Positions 38,650-48,910 of a stretch of 64,000 bases of DNA are shown piece by piece. The stretch comes from Prorocentrum cordatum (Eukaryota), in the NCBI GenBank assembly GCA_963575745.1, contig CAUYUJ010000001.1, positions 2,108,001 to 2,172,000 on the forward strand, given 5' to 3'. Within the stretch, counting starts at the first letter, position 1, and the number at the start of each line of letters is the position of its first letter. The position numbers and the translations under genes are program-made. The notes beneath the pieces were generated by a model. The model had not been told where the DNA came from and did no database searches. It was given only the letters and a program-made list of their open reading frames with translations.

Positions 38650-41530
38650 AGGCCCTGACCTTCCTCGATGCGTCAACGAGTTCGATTCCATCGCCATTGA
38701 GCTGGTTAGTCACGAGGATCGCGTCTGGCACCAGGGGCATTTTCACGACCCCGATCGTCTTCCGGGAAAATCCGAGGACCCCGCGCGAGGTGTCAAGTGA
38801 CGATCACCTTGGCTTCCCAGGTGGGCAGGGCTCCGCGCGCCCCCCCTCGGGAACGGGGCCCAGCCGGGGCCGAGCGCGCCCGGGCCCGGTCGGCGCGAGA
38901 ACGGGCGCGAAGCTCGCCCGGGAGGTTGCGGCGGGACCAGATTCAGCGAGCCAGCGCGGCCATGGCACCTTCGACTCTTCGGAAGTGCGCGCCTGGGCAG
39001 TGGGTCTTGATGGGGGGCGAGTTATCGCGGGCCTCCTCCCGACGGGGCTCTGCGGGGGTTCGAGCGGGCGCTCGGCGTGGCCCCAGACTGGCGGCCCCCC
39101 GCGAGCGCGGCGCCGCGCGGGCGCCCGCGCGCCCGCGCCAGTGGAAGCGTTTTTCGGCCCAGGCGCGGCCCGCCAGTTCAGAGAAGATTCCAAGCGGCAG
39201 GGGCCGCAGCGGCGGGCGTCGTCTCGGAGGGCCTCTGCGGTCGACGCGGGGAGGGCGCCCGGGCCCAGCCTCTCCAGGCCGACGCGATTGGCATAGGCCC
39301 TAGGCCTTCTGGGCCAGCTCCGGAGGCCGAGGTCATTCCCCCCATGGGGCCCGCGTCTCATGTCGAGCCCCCGGCACCAGTCAGTCCGGGATCCGCTCGT
39401 CCCCTTTCGATTGCCGAAGAAGATGGCGTGTTCCTCCTCCTCCTCCTCCTCCTCCTCCTCCTCCTCCTCCTCCTCCTCCTCCTCCTCGTTTTGTTTTCCT
39501 CCTCCTCCTCCTCCTCCTCCTCCTCCTCCTCCTCCTCCTCTTCCACCTGGTCAGGGGTCAGGGGTCGAGGTCTGAGTCCGAGTCCTCGGCCGCCGGCAGT
39601 CTGGCGTTGCCCTATCCGACCGATTCCGCGTTTCACGATTGGCGGGTCTGCAGTCGCAAGACCCTGGTTCAGCCAGACGACGTGCCAGCGATTGCCCGAT
39701 GAAGTCGGGAAGGGTTGCGCTCGGCCCCCGGGCGCGAGCGATGTCGGGCGGGCCCGAGTCGGAGCCGAAAAGACCGCGCCCGGGGGGGGGGGGCCGGAGA
39801 TTCTTTTCACCGAGCCCCGCTCGCTCGGCGCGACCCTGCGGAAGGTGGCCGATATCGAGACCGGCGGACCTCGCCAGCCCGGAGCGCCCCGGGGGAGGCC
39901 CCCGCAGCTGCGCGGCGACCGCCGAGGGGGGGCGCAGTCCGAGCGACCGCCAGCCCCAGGCGCGCCGCTCTGGGCGACGGTGGATTCGGAGGGCGGCCTC
40001 CAGGCCGTCGCCGCGGGCAGCATCCCCACGGTAGGTTCGTGTCGTGTCGACCGGCGGCGACCCCGCCAGCGGCGTTCAACTTTGAACGCCGGCGGCGGCC
40101 CAGAATCGATCGATGTTGAACGATTGGACGTTGCGGAAACGGCCGATCGTTCAAGGTTGAACGATCCCCGCGGTGTCAAAAACCAACGCTGGGGTCGGCA
40201 CGACACGAACCTGCCGCAGGCGCTTCGCGGGCGAAGAAGGCCCCGGAGGCTCGGCCTCATCAGCGCCCAGCTCACGCAGCTCGGACTCGCGCGCCATCCG
40301 GCGCGGCTCGGACGCGACGGGCAGGCCGTCTCCAGAGGGGCGGGCCAAGTCCGACGCGCGGAAGCACCCCTAGTTCCAAAGCTGCGAAGGCGATTTCCCC
40401 CAAGGAGGCGGCGGCCGCGCGGTGGGCGGCGCCGGGGCGCATCATGAGCTCCAGGTGGTTCGCCGGTGGACACGGAGGGGACTTTCAAGTCTCCCGCCGC
40501 GCTGTCGCGGCGGCGCGTCCACGGTCGCCAGGGCCCGGGCACCGACCCCCCAGACCAGTCACGACGTTTTTCCCGGCGGCGATGAATTCACAAATGAGAT
40601 GCGACATCGCGGACGTCGGGAACGCGCCCCGTCAAAGTGGCAGGTCTGACCGGGGCATCTGCGCAATGCCCCCGGGCCCCCGCCCCCCGCGGGCAGTCTC
40701 ACCCAGCCTCTCGCGAACGCGCATGGCCTGCACGACGCGCCCTTCGCTGGGGAGGCGCACCGTCGCCGGGGAGCTGGTCGAGTCGGGGCCGTGTCGGCAT
40801 GTTCGGCATGGCCCTCGCGAGCAGAGCATCAGCGCGATCGCGCGGGAAGTCGACGACTTCTTTATGACGCCCAGAAGGGCAGCCGAGCGGAAGCGACTCG
40901 GGGAGAGTCTCGAGAGCGGGCTTCAGTTCGACATGGCCGAGATTGCCGCGAGGGGCTGGTGGGCTACGCGGGAAGGGCGTCGACACATTGTCGACCGAAG
41001 GTTCTTGTGGACATGGCGAGGTACAACTTAGAAGAGGCCGCCCCCCATGAGCATGATCCCCGGCAACTTTCTCGGCGGGGAGGAGATCCGCGCCCCGCGC
41101 CACCCTCGTCTACCGCCCGAACTGGGGAGGTCGCAGGCGTCGCCCAGAAGCGCGTGGAGTGGCTCGCATGCTGGCGCGCCCCGACTGGCGGCCCCCACCG
41201 CTCGGGGCGTGATGCGCGCGAGCGAGAGCTCGCCGGGCATCCGCTGGCGATCGCTTCTCGGGGGCTTGCGGCCTGGGCTTTGCACCGCGAGCGCGCGGCT
41301 CTCGCGACATATCCCGACGCCGGCGGCGCGGGGGCCGCTGCCGGGGTGCGCGGCGACGACGCCCTCCTGGCCGACCCCGCCCAAGGGGCGCGCGCGATCC
41401 CCGCCCCTCGCGCGGATCGGGTTCGAAAGCGCCCAGTGAACGCTCCGGTGAGCGGATGGCGCAGTTGCAGGCGCAAGAGAGGGGCCCATTTGCATTTCGG
41501 CCAGAGAAGCGCTCTCGCTTTCCGCGTCGG
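38650..41530 (+). mobile_element. Heavily decayed Ty1/copia-like pol relic inside GH92 intron 1
   Basis: Motifs in copia order across frames: RIMSSRW, DIADVGNAPRQ (~DV..AFLQ), NAHGLHDAP (~VYGL.DAP), REVDDF, TYPDAG, GWRSCRRKR (RNase H). No LTRs seen; boundaries approximate. Confidence 0.65.
40029..40216. mobile_element. 188-bp MITE, copy 3 (flanked CA/CA)
   Basis: Same length and sequence family as copies 1 and 2. Confidence 0.85.
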
Positions 41531-43192
41531 TGTCTGAGGTAGACTGTGCGCCTCATTGTGTCGTGACGTGGTTGTCCATGATGTTTCCAGACTGCTCGCG
41601 GGCTTCCAGCTTCTCGGTGCTGAGATCGCAGCGCACTCTGGATAGTGGCAGGGCCACTCGGTTGCAGTTCGTCGATGCCAGATCTTCGCACGATACTGCG
41701 ATGAAGGAAGGGGGCGCTTCTTCTCAAGATAAACGCACTGCACTAGAGTTAGCCATCGTGTCCGAGGGCCTCGCGAATGCCACAGGGTAGTGCGATGGCC
41801 CCCCCGCTCCAAGATGCCAGCGGGCCGGCCTGCTAATGGCGCATTGGCAAGTCGAACGCGGCGCTGTCCCAGATCTCGGCGCCCGGCAGGCTGGCGCTGG
41901 CGGAGGGGCCCGCAGAGGCGCAGGCCCGCCGCCAAACGTCCGAACGAAAACGGTCGATTTCACGCGGCGTCCCATAGGACGCTGGAAGCAGAGGAGTCTC
42001 GATGATTGGGGTCTCGAGTCGACGAGGCCAGCAGGATGCCTCGGCCTCTGCTCGCGTGCTCGCTCTCGTTAGTTCCCACATGTTGTTGTCTTGTTTATTT
42101 CTTTATGTGTTGTTACTCTCTCTCTCTCTCTCTCTGTCACTCTCTCCCTCTCTCTCTCTCTCTTTCTCTTCGTTTTTTTGCTCTCTCTCTCTCTCCTCCC
42201 TCATCTGGTCGTCGACTCGACTGGGCCAGAGCTGCCGAAACTACCAGACAGTTTGACGAACGTTCACATCGATATCGCTTCGGGCGCCCGATGTCCAATA
42301 CAGGCCTGGCGCGAATATAGTTTTTCCCGAAGCAGTGCATGCAGCATTAGAGGTTCTTACTTCGGCTAACCATCTCGGGGCCGCCGCCGCAAAATCGCCG
42401 CCGCGCCGCCCGTCGCCGCCTGTCGCCGTCGCCGCCCATCGCCGCCACCCCCGCCCGTCGCCGCCCGTCGCCGCCCGCGCCGCCCGTCGCCGCCTGTCGC
42501 CGTCGCCGCATCGCATCCAGTGCGCCGCATAGATTGCGTATCAATAGGGTGGTACTAGTACGAGTACTAGTAATCGCAGTCGCTGGCTACCACAAGTAGA
42601 GCAGTTCTGGCACGCACGTTACCTTAGTGGACTCTGGGCGCCATGGTTCAAGTCCGATATATATATATATATATATATATATATTACTGTCGGCCCCGCT
42701 GCCACAACTAGTCCCTGAACGCAAGGAGTGGCAGGCTGGCATACTGGCATTTCGTCGACACCACAAGTGGTGTGCACAGGGGTGGGCGCTACATCCGTCG
42801 CAGGCTCGCAAAGCGTTGCCTGCGTGGCACTTTCTCGACATCGCGGATGGTCCGCAGGGCGCGGTTGCCGTGGCCGTCGCACTCTCGCAACCAGTGGGCT
42901 TCATGTCGAAGAGCTGCGTACCGCCGCGCAGGAATGAATATGACAAGGGCGGAATGGGAGGGAACCAACATTGAAAAGGGAAGAGGGGAGCATTGAGGAT
43001 GTTTACGCACTGCTGCGCTGCACACGTTGAGACATTGCGTAGGTGTCGCCAAGATGCACCACACTATGTTTGAACGTTCGGGAAAGCGGGATACGACACA
43101 GGTCATGCACACACACACACACACGACATAAGATGAGCATGTGGGGCTCCTCGGTAACGACACGTTTATGCATGCATTATTCTTCGACCATT

Positions 43193-43839
43193 TCGTCAAC
43201 CCAGAGCTTCGCCGCGTTCATGCAGGAGGTGCACGGGCGGCCGTTCGAGGCCCTGGCGGCCGTGGCGAGGGACACCTGGAACTCTCAGCTGGCGCAGGTG
43301 GAGGTCGCTGACGCGGGGCCGAACGCCGCCTCGACGTCGCGGCGGCTCCGGATATTCTACACCTGCCTCTACCGAGCGCTGCTCTTCCCTCGCCGCCTGG
43401 ACGAGCAGACGGCGGAGGGCGTGTTCCACTGGAGCCCCTACGACGGGAGGGTCCACGACGGCATCGGGGTGACAGACAACGGTTTCTGGGACACGTTTCG
43501 GACGGTGTACCCGTTGCTGGCTTTGGCCTACCCCAGGCAGCTTGGCGAGCTCGTGCAGGGGTGGTTAAACGCCTACAAGTATGGCGGCTGGCTTCCGAAG
43601 TGGGCCAGCCCAGGCTACCGCAACAGTATGATTGGTACCTTTGCCGACGTTGTTGTGTCGGACGCGATACTCAAGCACATACCCGGTTTCGACACAGCCT
43701 TGGCGTGGGAGGCGATCCGGAAGGATTGCTACCAGTCAAGCGACCCGAACGACACTGCCAGGGGGAAGCATGGCCTTTCCTACTACGACAGTCTAGGTTT
43801 TGTCCCCGCGGACGTTGGTATCGCCGAGTCCTGCTCCAG
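43193..43839 (+). CDS. GH92 exon 2
   Basis: FYTCLYRALLFP, DNGFWDTFRTVYPLL, GGWLPKWASPG..MIG, ESCSR; ends at a GA donor; 5' boundary uncertain (43193 or 43205). Confidence 0.9.
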
Positions 43840-43966
43840 GATTTCGGAGGGGGACAACGGTACAGATCCACCTCGTTCCCCTCCCTCCCCTCCCCCAGAA
43901 AGGAGGAAGGCATTCTGAGGAGGGAGGGGGAAAGGAGGTGGATCTTTATACACGTTCGATGTCCAG

Positions 43967-44141
43967 GACTTTGGACTTTGCCTTTGCCGACGCCGCCTCG
44001 GCGGCAGCGGCGGACCAACTGGCGCACCCAGAGGATGCCCAGAGGCTGCGCGAGAGGAGCGCGCGCGCGCTGAAGGCGCTCTTCCGCGCGACAGGCGGCC
44101 TCATGGGACCCCTCGGCAAGGACGGCAATTTCTCGACCCAG
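43967..44141 (+). CDS. GH92 exon 3
   Basis: (R)TLDFAFAD...GLMGP..DGNF; flanked by GA-AG introns 43840-43966 and 44142-44309. Confidence 0.85.
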
Positions 44142-44309
44142 GAAGTCGGGGAACAGACAGCTGCACAAACATATAAACTTTCGCAGCCCCGCGCGCGGAT
44201 TTCTCGGATCGACACCGTGACCACCGTGGCGGCGCGCCGATCCCAGACACCCGCGCGGACCTCCCACAGCCGTTGTCTATATGTTTATGTAACTCCTGCT
44301 TCTTCGAAG

Positions 44310-45056
44310 GAGGGCAACACGTGGGGCAACTGCTTCATCGAGGGGTCTGCGTGGCATCACTCCTTCCCGCCGTTCAACCTGCCAGCGCTGCTCGAGCTGC
44401 ACGGTGGGCGAGGAGCACTGATGGCTCGACTGCGGGACCTGCTGTCGACGCCCGCCACCTTTCAGGTCGGGTCCTACAAGACCACGATACACGAAATGCG
44501 CGAGATGCGCATGCTCGGCATGGGGCAGTACGCGCACAACAACCAGCCGGTGCACCACGTGCTGTACCTCTTCTCCATGCTCGGCGACCATAACTCAACT
44601 GCGCAGCTCGTGCGGCAGGTGCTCTCCCGCGCGTACTCGACGAGCGGCTTCGTCGGCGACGAGGACAACGGTGAGATGGGCGCCTGGTTTGTCCTGAGTG
44701 CCCTCGGACTGTACGCGCCCGCAGTGGGAACCACCGACGAGTACGTCCTGGGCGCCGTGCCGCTGTTTCCAAAGACCGTCCTGCACAGCCTGGGCATCAC
44801 CATCGAGGCCCCGTCCGCCTCCCAGGAGGCGCCCGCCGTCGCCGAGGTCCTCTGGAGGTCGTCGCCTCTCACGGGGGCGTCGGGGGCATCGGTGCGCTAC
44901 CGATCCTTGCGGGCTGGTGGAACTATGCGCTGGGTATCTCCCGGCGATGCCAGGATCGGCCGCGCCGTCTCCAGGATGCGCGGCACGCTCGGCGAGGCAA
45001 TGAAGAGGGTGAGCCCTGGGATTGGTGAGAAGTCGCTGCCCCAGCGCGCCGACAGC
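44310..45056 (+). CDS. GH92 exon 4 (catalytic motifs)
   Basis: FIEGSAW, IHEMREM, QYAHNNQP, GDEDNGEMGAWFVLSALGLY; 3' boundary 45056, or 45008 if the GT donor is used. Confidence 0.9.
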
Positions 45057-45058
45057 AT

Positions 45059-45338
45059 TCGAGGAGGATGGAATTGCATACGTACACAGAAACTTTCGGA
45101 GTTCTGCGCGGCTTTCTCGGGTCGGCGCCGGCCCCCCCTCCCTGGCGCGCTCTGCGCGCCAGGGAGGGGGCCCCGCGCGAATCCGAGAAATCCGCGCGGC
45201 GTTTCGAAAGTCCACAACTATGCAGTTTCCTCTCCCGCCGATCGGCGGCGAGCCCAGGGGGGGAAGCTCCTCCTTCTCCTCCTCCTCCTCCTCCTCCTCC
45301 ACCTCCTCCTCCTCCTCCTCCTCCTCCTCCTCCTCCTC

Positions 45339-45369
<31 letters not shown>

Positions 45370-45780
45370 TCATACTCCTCATCCTCATCCTCGTCCTTCT
45401 TCTCCTCCTCTTCCTCCGGCAGAGGGGGTGGGCCTTCTCAGAAGGATCAGAAGGCCTCCGGCTTTCTGAGAAGCTATCGCGTCCCTCTCTGCAGACACGG
45501 GTGGCTTCCCAGAAGGCGCGATGGCTCCCGATAGGCCTCGCCACTTTCTGAGAAGGCCTGCCCCCTCCAAGATCCTTGTCGTTTGGCTTTCGGCTCGTAA
45601 CTTTTTGTTTCCTGCGGCCGTTCGAGAAGATCGTGGGCACCCCCAGAGCGTTCTCGGCGAGGCGCAGCCGCTGTAACGCATCCCGAGGCTGGAACACCAC
45701 CTAGAACGAACGAAAACAGCCCGAAGACCTATCGAACCCGAAGCCACTACATTTTCCCCCTGGTCTCGCCGCCGATCCGA
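45059..45780. mobile_element. TCGA...CCGA element forming GH92 intron 4, with nested MITE 45242-45775
   Basis: Direct repeat AGCAT at 45054-45058 and 45780-45784; nested TIR TCGGCGGCGAGCCCAGGGG / CCCCTGGTCTCGCCGCCGA flanked GCCGA/TCCGA. Confidence 0.8.
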
Positions 45781-45782
45781 GC

Positions 45783-45929
45783 ATGCCGCAGCCCGCCTCC
45801 TGGCAGCTGCCGGGTGCGGCGGCCGCCTGGCTCCCCTGGGCGCTCGGCGTGCTGCTCGCGGCGGGCACAGCGCACCGCTGCTGCACGGCGTGCGCGTGCT
45901 GCCCTGGCGCCGCAGACAAGGCCGAGTGA
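45783..45929 (+). CDS. GH92 exon 5: TM anchor and Cys-rich tail
   Basis: MPQPASWQLPGAAAAWLPWALGVLLAAGTAHRCCTACACCPGAADKAE*; in frame once the element plus one TSD copy is removed. Confidence 0.72.
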   Translation: MPQPASWQLPGAAAAWLPWALGVLLAAGTAHRCCTACACCPGAADKAE

Positions 45930-46034
45930 CACCTTGCCGCGGTGGGCGGCCGCGCCTTGTCGGCGACGAGAAACCAGTCGACCAGTCGATGCTGTCCCAA
46001 TCCATGCAGATCTCCGACGATGTGTGTCCTTCGA

Positions 46035-46056
46035 TCCGTAGCCACTTTGGCTCAAG
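46035..46056 (+). other. Dinoflagellate spliced-leader relic upstream of the EAL gene
   Basis: TCCGTAGCCACTTTGGCTCAAG (21/22), 26 nt before ATG 46083. Confidence 0.95.
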
Positions 46057-46082
46057 CCCCTGCCTGGCGTCTGGGGTGCAGG

Positions 46083-47357
46083 ATGTCTTTACTAAATCAG
46101 CAGCAGATGTTCGAGCTTGTGGCCGCTAGCTATCCAGACGTGTTGACCAGGAGTGTGTATCGACCTATGCAGCTGCCAAAGCCCCTCTTCGCAATGCCCC
46201 TGCAGGATAAGCAGGAGCTGTTCGTAGAGGCGCTCCAGGGGATGTTGCGAGATGCGAACAGAGGGAAGCCTCTTGTGGAGGTCGCGTACGATAATAACCA
46301 GTCAAGACTGTTTTCGTTCGGGCTGCAGCCAGTATGGGAGGCGCGCGAGAACAAGGAGCAGTCGAGGCTTGTCGGCCTGGAGAGCCTCCTGGCGCTGCAC
46401 ACCGGCACCTGGGGCGTCGGCCTCGTGGTGGACGTGCTCGAGAACCTGCTCGACTCCGACGTGGAGCTCTACCTGCAGTTCAAGGGCCTCGAGATCAAGG
46501 CGGCCGTGAGCGCCCTGGAGGTCTTCCCGAACCTGCCGTCCATCAGCGTGAACCTGCGGCCCTCGGAGTGGCTCCTGCTGGAGGTCCAGAGCCTGGTGAT
46601 CGACGCGACCCACTGCGCGCCGGGCCGGATCATCTTCGAGGTGACCGAGTACACGCAGGACGCCCACTTCTCCAGGTTCTTCGGGGAGCAGGGCCCGCTG
46701 CCGCATCGCCTGAAGGAGACGCTGCTGCCGGTGCTGCGCCGCATGAAGGAGGCGGGCGTGACGCTGCTCGCGGACGACCTGCTGCCTGCCAGCGTGTATC
46801 GCTTCGACTGCGAGGCGTCGCACAGGAATGGCCATCGCCTCGCGGACCACCACGCAACCGAGAGCAGCACAATGTTGTCGGCAGACTGGTCCGATGCGTT
46901 CGATGGCGTAAAGTTTGGCCTCGAGTGGATCGTCCACGCAATGAGCCTAGGAAAGCACAGTGGCGCGGACTATGCCGCAGTGCCCCTGTATGCCAAACAC
47001 GTAAAGGATAGTTCTACTTACGTCGCAGCAGTGACCGATAGCCCAGTCCCAGAAGAGGAAGTGGATAAGCGTGCTGCTCTTCGTGACCTTCAGGCGGCGG
47101 CAAAGGTGGAGTTGCAGGCTGTTCTGAAAGATGTCCAGGAACGTGCGTTCAAGCACTTGCCTGTTTTCGAGGCGACACTGCCACCCGCTGCGATCGTCGA
47201 ATGGGGCCTGGAGGGTGCCGCGAAGGAGCAGGGAGGCGTGTTTTTCGAGGCTCGATTTCCCCCCGCGTGGTTCTACGGCTCGGTACCTTCTTTCCCAGAA
47301 GCGCGGTTCCCAATGGTGTCCCGCTACAAAGTGCACGCATCATACCTTGAACAATAA
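46083..47357 (+). CDS. Intronless EAL-domain (c-di-GMP phosphodiesterase-like) protein, 424 aa
   Basis: LQPVW..VGLESLL, ISVNL, RIIFEVTE, LRRMKEAGVTLLADDL, FDGVKF, VFEA, EQGG appear in EAL order. Confidence 0.8.
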   Translation: MSLLNQQQMFELVAASYPDVLTRSVYRPMQLPKPLFAMPLQDKQELFVEALQGMLRDANRGKPLVEVAYDNNQSRLFSFGLQPVWEARENKEQSRLVGLESLLALHTGTWGVGLVVDVLENLLDSDVELYLQFKGLEIKAAVSALEVFPNLPSISVNLRPSEWLLLEVQSLVIDATHCAPGRIIFEVTEYTQDAHFSRFFGEQGPLPHRLKETLLPVLRRMKEAGVTLLADDLLPASVYRFDCEASHRNGHRLADHHATESSTMLSADWSDAFDGVKFGLEWIVHAMSLGKHSGADYAAVPLYAKHVKDSSTYVAAVTDSPVPEEEVDKRAALRDLQAAAKVELQAVLKDVQERAFKHLPVFEATLPPAAIVEWGLEGAAKEQGGVFFEARFPPAWFYGSVPSFPEARFPMVSRYKVHASYLEQ

Positions 47358-48910
47358 TTGTGAATCCCGTGTGGCAGGTGGTAGTTTATGCAAGCGTCGT
47401 TTGACGATTGCGTTTGGCTGTTGGCTCCCTTCTCATTGAACGCAGAGTGATCGAGTCCGGAGGAGCAGCATTCCTCCCAGCCTCTTCCTCTGAAACACAG
47501 GTACGTGTGGCCTCACAGCACCCAGCGTCAGTGTACCGACTGCCCAGGGTGCATCAGGTCGCTTGTGCTCGCAGCCTCGCTGTATGAGTGGTGATTCTGT
47601 CCAACCCGCCCGTTGTTCTTTGTCTGTAGTGCTCCACCATGTGGTATGCGATGGGCCGACGGCCCATACTGTGTTCTCTGAGCATGGTCAGTTCGGCACC
47701 GGCATGCTCCCACGTGAGAGCAGCTCGCCCGCGCAGGATGTTTCATCTGTTCTCGAAGCCGAGTGGAGAGAATCAGAGGAGCAAAAAGTAACGAGCCACC
47801 CCGAAATTGTGGATAAGAGTCAGGGGACACATGCGGGGTGGGTCGCGGGGTGTGTCGCGGGTGGGTCGCGGGTGGGTCGCCGGAGAGGACGATGACGACG
47901 AAAATATACAATTGTTTTGTTTCGAGCGATACATACCGAAAGTTCCTGCATCTGTTATCGAGTCTGGTACTGTTTGTTACTGTGGCCAGCCTGAGCTCGG
48001 CGCGCATGTGGATCAAACGCGATTACTCGGTTGGAGCTGGATACTAGTTTAGCACGTTCGATTATGTTCTATTCATACATGGCGTATTCCTGTGGCCAGG
48101 CTTTCGTCGGTTCGCATGTTGCGTTTGATAGGGCGCCGCTAATCGGTCGCTGCTGTGTTCTACTGTCATGAATTGTAATGGATGTTCACTGATAGTTTCT
48201 TCTCTTACACTCTAGTATGTTATGTTCTGTTCTGGATGGGCCGGCGTTACGTCGTGACGCCTGTCATGATTGATGCGTCTTCCAATCGGTCGGTTTTGGG
48301 CCTCTTCGTTACCGTGGTCAGCCTGACCTCGGCGAGCATGTCGCGCTTGATAGAACGTCGTGAATCGGTCGCTGGTGTTTCCTTTTTCCGTTATATTTAG
48401 CCATGTTCGATTCTGGACTATCCTCATGTATTGGGTTATTGTATGGTATGGTGTGTTGCCTTACGTGTTGTATACAATATATTGTCCTTCCGTGTCCTGT
48501 TACTTCCAATTTTATTGTATGACATTTCATTCGGCGGTATTATGCGGCCTTGTGGCTTCTGGTATGTCGCGTGACAGTATGTGATATTCGTGTGTGTTCG
48601 GGCACAGCATCTGCATTGTGTAACCATACTGTTCAATGCGATCTGGACATCACACTCAAACTTGCGTTATTACTGTCTCTTCTATGCTATGGTTTCGACT
48701 GTCTGGATTCACGCAGTGGCGAAGCGTCCCGGCGTGCCTATAGGCCTACCAAACAATGTTCTAATAACCGTTTGTGGTATCCACGAAAGGTTCTTAGAAC
48801 ATTTCTGGCTGGGACGGCCTTGTTTCAACACATCGGGCTTATGTTCTAAGAACAGTGTTTTTGTTTTTGGGGCATTTCTGGGTTCTAAGAACATTGGAAA
48901 GAGCGTGTTT

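Noticed and set aside
43800..45551. 583-aa ORF as a single exon with poly-Leu tail
   Set aside because: It reads through intron 3 (168 nt, in frame) and into MITE/(CCT)n sequence.
45942..46082. N-terminal extension of the EAL ORF in the ORF track
   Set aside because: It spans the SL relic; the first ATG after the SL is 46083.
46083..47357. Bacterial contamination as the source of the EAL and GH92 genes
   Set aside because: SL relics, introns and contiguity with host repeats argue for genuine nuclear genes.
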